Origin: Candidatus Moraniibacteriota bacterium | Lineage (GTDB): Bacteria; Patescibacteriota; Minisyncoccia; Moranbacterales; UBA1568 | Reading direction: 5' to 3' | Assembly: GCA_017992575.1 (NCBI GenBank) | Contig: JAGOOJ010000001.1 | Location: 1 to 44,158, forward strand | DNA: 44,158 nt | Part shown: positions 6,774-13,055 of the stretch, in pieces | How the letters are laid out: each line of letters begins with the position of its first letter | How positions within the stretch are numbered: the stretch's first letter is position 1 | Position numbers and translations under genes: made by a program | The notes under the pieces: generated by a model | The model's database searches: none | The model's input: the letters and a program-made list of their open reading frames with translations, nothing else | What the model was told of the DNA's origin: nothing

Positions 6774-8549
6774 ATGAAAAAATTTCTGTGTTTGTTGCTA
6801 CTCCTTCTCGGAGTAGCGAGCGCCCAGGGAGAGCAATCTCATTGGACGTGGCGTCAGATGGTGAGGTCGATTGACGAGCTGCAAAGCCTGCAAAGCGGTG
6901 TTGCTCCTCATCGGTCCATAGTGGCTGGAGTGGTAACGCAATCGGTTTCCACCGTGAGCGTTCCTGCCTCGGCTCCGACGAGCGTTGCCCCGACCACTTC
7001 GGTCCAGACCTTTTCGCTCAAGTCGGGCGAAACGATGAGCGGTCGCTTCGGGAAGCAGGCGCAAGCGATTTGCGCCTACAACCAGATTGCGAATTGCAAC
7101 ATCGTGCAAGCTGGAAAGTCGTATCGGTTGCTAGGCACTGTGCCTCAGGCGACCAAGATGCAAGCCACAGCGCTTCCGCTCACGGCTCACCTCAGTGCTT
7201 CAACGGCATACCTCGACAACGTGTTCCTTTGGGAGCGTGTTGGTGGGGCGCCGCTTCGGAGTTGCGGTAAGCAAGACGTGGCGACGGTCAACGAGAAGGC
7301 GTGGAACGCACTCATCAAACAAGGCCTCCTCACGGAAGCCGAGCGCGATGAACTGCGCGTGCTTACTAAGGGGTTGACGGAACCGAAAATCGGCCATGCC
7401 GACAACGGAACTGTTCAGCTCACACGGGGCATGCGTCTTGAATCGGTGACGTTTTGCAAGGACGGTCAACCGGTGGTGCGTACCAACGTCAAGACGGCCT
7501 GGGATTTCGGTACGGCGGTGTTCGCTCAAGAGTTCACGCTCAAGAGTGGCAAGCGGGTCCTGTGGGTCCGCAACTGCCTGAACTGGTCTACTCGGTCGCC
7601 GCTTCCTCCGCCGGTGGTTGCAGAACCGCCGGTGGTGGTACCTCCTGAAGCTGCGCCGACGCCGACACCCGCTCCGCCTCCGCCTGCAAAGGTGGTGGTG
7701 CCTACGCCCCGTCCGCCAGCCGAGCAATTGGCTTGCGACGAATGGGATGTGCGGGCCAGTGCCGGTGCCGAGCTCTCGCAAGGCGCGGGGACGAGGACGG
7801 TGGCGCTTTATGGCGACGCTGAAGTTGGTACCTGCCCCTTCAAATGGGAGGACAAGGCAGGCGTTTTCAACGAAGCGCTCATCGCCGGTCGGGTTCATGC
7901 GGCAGACGACGCCTGGCGTGGTTGGGATGGCAAGACGGTCACCGCCATGGCTGGTTTCGGTCTCCGGCGGTCGTTCCCGGACGGTTCCATGGACCTGTAT
8001 CGGCTCATGGCCGGTGTGCGGACGAACAATGGGTCGCAAGGCCTGTACTCGCACGACGCGCGCTGGAAAGTGCTCGGCCTCTATGGCACGCATTACCGGG
8101 TCGAGGACGATGGCACGAACGAAACGCACTACCGCTGGGGCTTGAATGTCCACTTCGGGCAGGCCACAGGTTCTGCTTCCTACAGTGGCTCTTCGCTTCC
8201 GCTTCCGCGTTACAACGGCAGTATCGAAGTAGGAGTCAGGCGCTATGTTGATCCGCAAGGTGAAGACATTCGCCGGTTCTGGGAGTTGAACGCAACAATG
8301 GTGTCGCCGGACTATGCTGGCATCAGCCCTCGGGTTGGTGTCTGCAATGGCGATGACACCCTGTGCGGTCTGGTTGGTGTCAACATCGACGTGCAGAACG
8401 GCGGTGTGGCAGCGATGGTTGGTGTCCAGGTCAACACACCTGGGGTCATCCGCTATAACAGGGATGGTCGAATCATGAAGGACGTCGTCGAGGCCGCCAA
8501 GGTCAACGGCACCACCTTCTCGTTCGCGCCGGCCACCAAGCGCAAATAA
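6774..8549 (+). CDS. island secreted protein: signal peptide, LysM-like segment, Pro-rich linker, beta-rich C-terminal domain (591 aa)
   Basis: The signal peptide is MKKFLCLLLLLLGVASAQG. FSLKSGETMSGRFGKQAQAICAYNQIANCNIVQAGKSYRL (aa 79-119) has LysM-like spacing. SPLPPPVVAEPPVVVPPEAAPTPTPAPPPPAKVVVPTPRPP spans aa 275-315. The C-terminal ~270 aa has alternating hydrophobic/polar residues. It starts 18 nt after the lipoprotein stop. Confidence 0.75.
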   Translation: MKKFLCLLLLLLGVASAQGEQSHWTWRQMVRSIDELQSLQSGVAPHRSIVAGVVTQSVSTVSVPASAPTSVAPTTSVQTFSLKSGETMSGRFGKQAQAICAYNQIANCNIVQAGKSYRLLGTVPQATKMQATALPLTAHLSASTAYLDNVFLWERVGGAPLRSCGKQDVATVNEKAWNALIKQGLLTEAERDELRVLTKGLTEPKIGHADNGTVQLTRGMRLESVTFCKDGQPVVRTNVKTAWDFGTAVFAQEFTLKSGKRVLWVRNCLNWSTRSPLPPPVVAEPPVVVPPEAAPTPTPAPPPPAKVVVPTPRPPAEQLACDEWDVRASAGAELSQGAGTRTVALYGDAEVGTCPFKWEDKAGVFNEALIAGRVHAADDAWRGWDGKTVTAMAGFGLRRSFPDGSMDLYRLMAGVRTNNGSQGLYSHDARWKVLGLYGTHYRVEDDGTNETHYRWGLNVHFGQATGSASYSGSSLPLPRYNGSIEVGVRRYVDPQGEDIRRFWELNATMVSPDYAGISPRVGVCNGDDTLCGLVGVNIDVQNGGVAAMVGVQVNTPGVIRYNRDGRIMKDVVEAAKVNGTTFSFAPATKRK

Positions 8550-8833
8550 CTGAACACGGCTTTATTCTCAATGTCGATAAAAACTGCTTACCACCTGTCT
8601 AAAGACAGGGGACGTCCAGCGTATACGTTGGAATGGAGCAAGCAAGACAGAGCGTCATGAACTCATGACGTCACAACGATACGAAAGTATCGGAGTGAGA
8701 AAAGCGAAATTCAGTTCGATAGAGGCGGAGTATCCCACGTGGATGCCCGCCTTTACCCTTTTCTATGACTATTTTAGGTTTTTTTATAAGAATATATGTG
8801 GGGTTGACCACGTCGGTCGCGACCGGTGGTTGA

Positions 8834-8883
8834 CCCTGTGTAATCTGGCTTTGCCTGTCCGCTTGAAGCGGAATTACACAGGG
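8834..8883. promoter_or_regulatory. 11-bp perfect inverted repeat abutting the -35 of the 8884 promoter (operator-like)
   Basis: CCCTGTGTAAT (8834-8844) pairs with ATTACACAGGG (8873-8883). The 28-nt spacer contains the CCGCT-tga-AGCGG hairpin. GGTTGAC(C/A) boxes occur at 8802, 8828 and 8882. Confidence 0.5.
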
Positions 8884-8914
8884 TTGACAAATTCCGTGGA
8901 TATGCTAGTATACT
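8884..8914 (+). promoter_or_regulatory. sigma70-type promoter for the first Cys-rich secreted paralog
   Basis: TTGACA (8884-8889), a 16-nt spacer, then aTGcTAGTAT (-10 at 8906-8911; alternatively TATACT at 8909-8914). An AT-rich UP-like tract lies at 8772-8800. Confidence 0.6.
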
Positions 8915-9052
8915 CTCTCGTTCCTTTTCATAGGTACGCGGGGGGTGATACTCCCAGTGTATCGGCTTATACCATTTTCACGGAGGTGCATGGGCGGTTG
9001 AGACAGTACTCCTGTTTTAACCGCCGAAGGACATCGGAGTTTCTAGGCGGGT

Positions 9053-9093
9053 GGAAGGCTTACTTTCACTCATGCCTTCCTCCTTTTTCTTTC
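9053..9093 (+). terminator. terminator-like hairpin inside the 5' leader of the 9120 gene (possible attenuator)
   Basis: GGAAGGC (9053-9059) pairs with GCCTTCC (9074-9080) and is followed by TCCTTTTTCTTTC. It lies 27 nt upstream of the ATG. Confidence 0.45.
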
Positions 9094-9119
9094 ACCCCTC
9101 AACATCTACAGGGGGCATC

Positions 9120-9935
9120 ATGCGTCGCTTCATTATCAGCATCATCTCGCTTCTCTTCGCTCTCACGGCGGTTCAAGCCCAAGTGCGGGTCAAGGAGAGC
9201 GACAAACCCGTCGGTTCGGTCACGGCGACCGGCGACCTGTCCTACCAGATCGTGGTGGAAAAGACCGGCGTGGTCGTTCGTCTCGATCTGGGTCAAGTCG
9301 TTCCGGCTGAAACACTGGCTTGGGTTGGCAACGGGCGTCAACCAGGCGCTGTGCGAGCGTTCTGCTCGGCCAACCCCGGCATTTGCCAACAACCGTTCCA
9401 CATGTGGTGTGGGAAGGGGCAGAACGCCGAGGTGTGCCGGCAGGTACAGGATGTGAGCATCTCGTGCCACAACCCGGCCAACCAGTCGTTCTGCAGTTCG
9501 CTCGCCTGGGTTCACCGCGAATCCGATGGCGAGATGAACAAGGGCACGCCCTGGGCCGACGATGCAGTCCTCCTTGACTTCTTGGCCGGCAAGACGGTTG
9601 ATCCGACTCTGGTGGAGAACATCCGCAAGTGCACTTACCGTCCGGCAACCTTCGCGGTGGTCTGCGACGTGGTGGTCAAGCCCGAGCAGAAGGGGACTGG
9701 TCGGTTCCAGTCGCACTTCAGTGCCGTCGACCAGAAGACTGGTGTGGTGTACGCCGGTTACCAACCCCAGCGGGTCAAGGCAGGTTCGCATCCGGTGCAG
9801 GTGTACCAAGACGACGGCCAGGGCAATCCGCACCAGGTCATCGGCACAGGTGCCCAGCAGCCTCGCCTCGACCAACCGTCGACTGAAGCCATTGGCTTCG
9901 CCCCGGCCACTCCGGCCTCGGCGCCCAAGAAGTAA
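9120..9935 (+). CDS. island Cys-rich secreted protein, paralog 1 (271 aa, 8 Cys)
   Basis: The start was moved to MRRFIISIISLLFALTAVQA. It is homologous to the 10197 ORF through TG-V-RLD, GIC, CTY...VC, HFSA, YQPQR and GNPH motifs. Confidence 0.75.
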   Translation: MRRFIISIISLLFALTAVQAQVRVKESDKPVGSVTATGDLSYQIVVEKTGVVVRLDLGQVVPAETLAWVGNGRQPGAVRAFCSANPGICQQPFHMWCGKGQNAEVCRQVQDVSISCHNPANQSFCSSLAWVHRESDGEMNKGTPWADDAVLLDFLAGKTVDPTLVENIRKCTYRPATFAVVCDVVVKPEQKGTGRFQSHFSAVDQKTGVVYAGYQPQRVKAGSHPVQVYQDDGQGNPHQVIGTGAQQPRLDQPSTEAIGFAPATPASAPKK

Positions 9936-9956
9936 GCGCCGACAGCGCCTCACTCG

Positions 9957-10013
9957 CCCCAGAAGGGAAGAATCAGTGCAGTGCACGAGATTCTCCTTCC
10001 GGGGCTTTTTTCT
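9957..10013 (+). terminator. rho-independent terminator after paralog 1
   Basis: CCCCAGAAGGGAAGAATC...GAGATTCTCCTTCCGGGG forms a long GC-rich stem with one bulge, followed by CTTTTTTCTT. Confidence 0.8.
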
Positions 10014-10061
10014 TACCTAAAATATGGCTTTTTTAAGCCAATTCTTATAACCACTAGGGGG

Positions 10062-10090
10062 TTGACAGAATCCACGGGAGGGTGTATAAT
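10062..10090 (+). promoter_or_regulatory. consensus sigma70 promoter for paralog 2
   Basis: TTGACA (10062-10067), a 17-nt spacer, then TATAAT (10085-10090). The spacer begins gaATCCacGG, compared with aaTTCCgtGG in the 8884 promoter. Confidence 0.7.
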
Positions 10091-10196
10091 GGTCTATTCG
10101 GTGGGCGTATGCCCCCGACCCAGTTCCTTGTCACTGTATCCAACCGCCTCCCCACTGCTCGCGGGGATCAAGGCTCATTTTGAAGAGGAGAGCACC

Positions 10197-10739
10197 ATGA
10201 AGACGACTTTCAAGCTTTTGGCCATCTCGGCCACTCTGGCTCTGGCCACCCAGGCCATCGCTGCTCCGACTTGCGCCATGCAGGTGACCGGAAACCAGGT
10301 GAAGGTGATCATCGCCGATACCGGCCTGGTTTACCGCTTGGATCGCCAGCAGATCCCGCCGCAGGGCGCCAAGGTCTATACGGGCACTGGCCGTCCCGAC
10401 GTCGACCGCACCGTGTCCTGCAAGGACGCCAATGGCATCTGCGCTGGCGCCAGCTGGTATTTGCGTTTTGCCGACGCACAGCAGGGCTTCCCGGGCGACG
10501 AAGCACTGGCCTCCGACCCGCGCGTGGTGCCCTGCACCTACGACGCCGGCGCGTTGGCCCAGGTGTGCACCTTTACGCTCAACGACGGCATGAAGACCGA
10601 CCGCGGCGAGGTGCGCATGCACTTTTCCGCCAAGGTGGGCGACCAGGTCCCGGCGGCCTACCAGCCCCAGCGCGGTGGCTGCGCGGTCACCAAGGACGCG
10701 GATGGCAATCCGCACACCACCGTCGCCGTCACGCGCTGA
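10197..10739 (+). CDS. island Cys-rich secreted protein, paralog 2 (180 aa, 6 Cys)
   Basis: The start was moved to MKTTFKLLAISATLALATQAIA, with GAGGAG 7 nt upstream. It shares motifs with the 9120 ORF. Confidence 0.75.
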   Translation: MKTTFKLLAISATLALATQAIAAPTCAMQVTGNQVKVIIADTGLVYRLDRQQIPPQGAKVYTGTGRPDVDRTVSCKDANGICAGASWYLRFADAQQGFPGDEALASDPRVVPCTYDAGALAQVCTFTLNDGMKTDRGEVRMHFSAKVGDQVPAAYQPQRGGCAVTKDADGNPHTTVAVTR

Positions 10740-10776
10740 CGCCTCGGCCGCGGCTGAACCCAGCCGCACCAACCCA

Positions 10777-10807
10777 CCCCCGGAACTCAAAATCCCGGGG
10801 GTTTTTT
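10777..10807 (+). terminator. rho-independent terminator closing the island
   Basis: CCCCCGG (10777-10783) pairs with CCGGGGG (10795-10801), followed by TTTTTT. A ~30-nt polypyrimidine tract follows. Confidence 0.8.
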
Positions 10808-10840
10808 CTTTTTCTCCTTTTTCTTTTTCCACTTTTCTCG

Positions 10841-10852
10841 TATACTAAAGGC
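10841..10852 (+). promoter_or_regulatory. -10 element giving a leaderless or near-leaderless SDR mRNA
   Basis: TATACT (10841-10846) is followed by 6 nt (aaaggc) and then the ATG. There is no SD. The same TATACTAAAGnCATG string occurs at 30130-30144. Confidence 0.5.
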
Positions 10853-11626
10853 ATGATTATGGAAACAGTAGAAACGAAAACACAATCGGTCATCCTTATT
10901 ACCGGAGCTACTTCTGGTATTGGTTTGGCATTGGCGCGACTGTTTGCGCGTGATAAACATGATGTGTTTTTGGTGGCGCGTGATGAGGAGCAACTGAAAG
11001 CTGTCCAGAAAGATTTGTCTCAAACATACGAAGTAACGGTCTATTATGCTTGTGGTGATATGACTGACCGACACTTTGTAGCCACACTCCCGGCATTGGT
11101 GCATGAGAAACAGCTGGTGGTTTCCTGTCTCGTCAATAACGCGGGGAGCGGCGTCCAGGGGGCGTTTGCTGAAACCGATTGGGAGAAGGAAATTACCTCT
11201 TTCGAGCTTATTGCCTATGCGCCTACCTATTTGAGCAAAGTCTTTCTATCTGATCTGATTCAGAATCAAGGAAAAATTTTGAATGTTATTTCTACCTCGG
11301 CCTATGCTCCGGGAAATAATATGGCGGTGTACTCGGCTGGCAAAGCCTATCTGTTATCTTTTTCAGAATCATTGTCTCTCGAACTGGCATCACAGGGGGT
11401 CACGGTAACGGCGCTCGTCCCTGGACCGACTCGTACCGGATTTCAGTCAGCCAATGGCCTCGGAGAACTCCCCAGTTGGCGTTTCCCCAGTGCAGAAGCG
11501 GTAGCTTCATTTGGGTACCGGGCGCTTCAAAAAAATAAAACCGTGGCCATTCATGGGCTACGGAATAGACTCAACTATTTGGTTTTGAAATACACTCCGC
11601 GTTTTATCGTGCGGATGTGTGCTTGA
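10853..11626 (+). CDS. short-chain dehydrogenase/reductase (SDR) family oxidoreductase
   Basis: It has TGATSGIG (TGxxxGxG), NNAG and YSAGK (YxxxK). The listed 10271 start is an out-of-frame-overlap artefact across the island. Confidence 0.85.
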   Translation: MIMETVETKTQSVILITGATSGIGLALARLFARDKHDVFLVARDEEQLKAVQKDLSQTYEVTVYYACGDMTDRHFVATLPALVHEKQLVVSCLVNNAGSGVQGAFAETDWEKEITSFELIAYAPTYLSKVFLSDLIQNQGKILNVISTSAYAPGNNMAVYSAGKAYLLSFSESLSLELASQGVTVTALVPGPTRTGFQSANGLGELPSWRFPSAEAVASFGYRALQKNKTVAIHGLRNRLNYLVLKYTPRFIVRMCA

Positions 11627-13010
11627 ATTCGGGCAGTTGCCGGAAGGCAATGAGGGCCCCGAGCAGGATGAAGAATATCCACTGAAGGGGGGTGTCTTTG
11701 TAGATGTTGTCAGTGAGTGAAGAGAGGAGTAGGAGTCCACTGTAGAGCGAGAAAGCCACCACCAAGCGACGATAAGCAAGCGGGAGGGTCCAGAGGGTAC
11801 GGATTTCGGAGCCAATCAGAGTGAGATAGAGCAAAAAAACAGTCAGGCCGATTACACCTCCTTCAACATAGAATTTGACGAAATCATTGTGAGAATCAGT
11901 GCTACCGAGGCTGGTACCACGCAGACTGTAGGCGTAGGAGCTGAACGTATCGAGTCCGGTTCCATAGAGTCGTCGGCCATCGATGCGCAGTTTGGTCGTG
12001 ACATCATGCCAGATTTCTTGGCGCCACACAATTGAACTATCCGGTTTGGTTTGAAAGCTTTCCAAAATGCGATCATGAATAGTTGGTGAAAAAACAAACA
12101 GTATGGCAGGGATGGCAATGAGTGGAAAGAGGAAGATGCGGGAACGCCAGAGTGCCAAAATGAGGACGTAGAGAAAGAGGGCTACCCAAGCTACTCGGGT
12201 GTAGGTGAGAAGCAGGAGGAAGATCGCAATGAATCCGTAGCAGATGAGGACGAAGGGGAGGAGAGCAGAACGCTCTGTGCGGGCCGTGTCATTTTTCGAA
12301 GGTGGGAGAAAAAAGTAAAACGTCATGATGGCAAAGAGTGAAAAGAGATAGAGGGCCAAGACGTTGGTATGGGCAAACGTGCCATAGATACGAGGGACAT
12401 CGACACTGCTGTCGGTGAGCCCGATGTTGAGGGCGACCTGACGAACTGATTCCATGACGGGCAGGATTGAGGAAAAGAGCAGGATGAGGAGCGCCTGTTT
12501 CATTTTGGTTGTGTCAGTAACGGAGATAAAGGCCAAGAAGCTGATGGAAAAGATAGAGACGAGGCGAGCAATTTCCTCTATGGACTGGAGGGGGTCGACA
12601 CTGTAGGTAGCGGAAACCAGCCCAAAGAGTCCGAGGAGAGCAAAGGGTTTCCAGAGAGGGAAATGGAGCATCTTTTTGATGTAGAGCGCGAAGATGGTAA
12701 CGCTTAGTAAAATAAGAAAGACTCCGAGCGCTTGCGAAAGACTCATCGACACATTCGATCCAATCGAAATATGAATAGTTTCAGAAAGGTAGTCGAGGGT
12801 CATGCGAATGGTAATGAGGATGCCAAGGAGCACGAGGGGTCGTTTCAAAAAAGCAAAAGAAGCGAGTACCACGAACACACCTGGTGCCATGAGCGGACTC
12901 ATACCCAGGATGAGTGAGAGACTCAGAAAGAGGGCAGAGATAAAAAAAAGTCCCACCCAAAAACTTGCTTGTTTGGGCGAAAAGAAGCTGGTTTCAGGAG
13001 TGGTATTCAT
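11604..13010 (-). CDS. O-antigen ligase/polymerase-like (Wzy_C/WaaL family) polytopic membrane protein
   Basis: It has about 12 TM segments, plus GTFAHTNVLALYLF, YTRVAWVALF and HNDFVKFYVEGGVIGL motifs typical of the O-antigen ligase family. Confidence 0.7.
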   Translation of the reverse strand: MNTTPETSFFSPKQASFWVGLFFISALFLSLSLILGMSPLMAPGVFVVLASFAFLKRPLVLLGILITIRMTLDYLSETIHISIGSNVSMSLSQALGVFLILLSVTIFALYIKKMLHFPLWKPFALLGLFGLVSATYSVDPLQSIEEIARLVSIFSISFLAFISVTDTTKMKQALLILLFSSILPVMESVRQVALNIGLTDSSVDVPRIYGTFAHTNVLALYLFSLFAIMTFYFFLPPSKNDTARTERSALLPFVLICYGFIAIFLLLLTYTRVAWVALFLYVLILALWRSRIFLFPLIAIPAILFVFSPTIHDRILESFQTKPDSSIVWRQEIWHDVTTKLRIDGRRLYGTGLDTFSSYAYSLRGTSLGSTDSHNDFVKFYVEGGVIGLTVFLLYLTLIGSEIRTLWTLPLAYRRLVVAFSLYSGLLLLSSLTDNIYKDTPLQWIFFILLGALIAFRQLPEFKHTSAR

Positions 13011-13018
13011 ATAGTTTC

Positions 13019-13048
13019 AGTATACCATTGAATGTTTTTTTGTTACAA
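13019..13048 (-). promoter_or_regulatory. minus-strand promoter for the ligase-like gene
   Basis: On the minus strand: TTGTAA (13043-13048), an 18-nt spacer, TATACT (13019-13024), then 8 nt to the ATG (13010). Confidence 0.5.
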
Positions 13049-13049
13049 T
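13041..13049 (+). promoter_or_regulatory. extended -10 promoter for the GT4 gene (leaderless geometry)
   Basis: TGtTACAAT is followed by 6 nt and then the ATG at 13056. It overlaps the -35 of the divergent promoter on the other strand. Confidence 0.5.
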
Positions 13050-13055
13050 AGATGT

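Larger units (their letters stand above)
5569..10810. other. high-G+C compositional island (putative horizontally acquired block; no mobility genes)
   Basis: Hand-counted 60-nt stretches inside give 46/60 (5811-5870), 43/60 (7621-7680) and 41/60 (10381-10440) G+C. Flanking genes give 24/60 (5041-5100) and secA gives 24/60 (30901-30960). Many long spurious antisense ORFs are present, which is typical of GC-rich DNA. Confidence 0.8.

Noticed and set aside
7200-8258. Long minus-strand ORFs inside the island: 7200-8258 (352 aa), 9099-9986 (295 aa), 10131-10832 (233 aa) and 5691-6326 (211 aa), plus several shorter ones.
   Set aside because: They are Arg/Gly/Pro/His-rich and low in complexity, lack SD sequences and signal peptides, and lie antisense to ORFs with clean signal peptides and SDs. 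This is the usual stop-codon-poor antisense artefact of GC-rich DNA.
8665-9456. A 263-aa plus-strand ORF covering the island intergenic region and part of the 9120 gene in another frame.
   Set aside because: It runs through promoter, palindromes and terminator-like hairpins, has no SD, and its C-terminal half is Arg/Ser-rich out-of-frame sequence of the Cys-rich protein gene.
10271-11626. A 451-aa ORF that would fuse island sequence to the SDR gene.
   Set aside because: The first ~190 aa are an Arg/Pro/Gly-rich out-of-frame read-through of the 10197 gene and its terminator. The recognisable SDR begins at the Met at 10853, directly after a -10 element.
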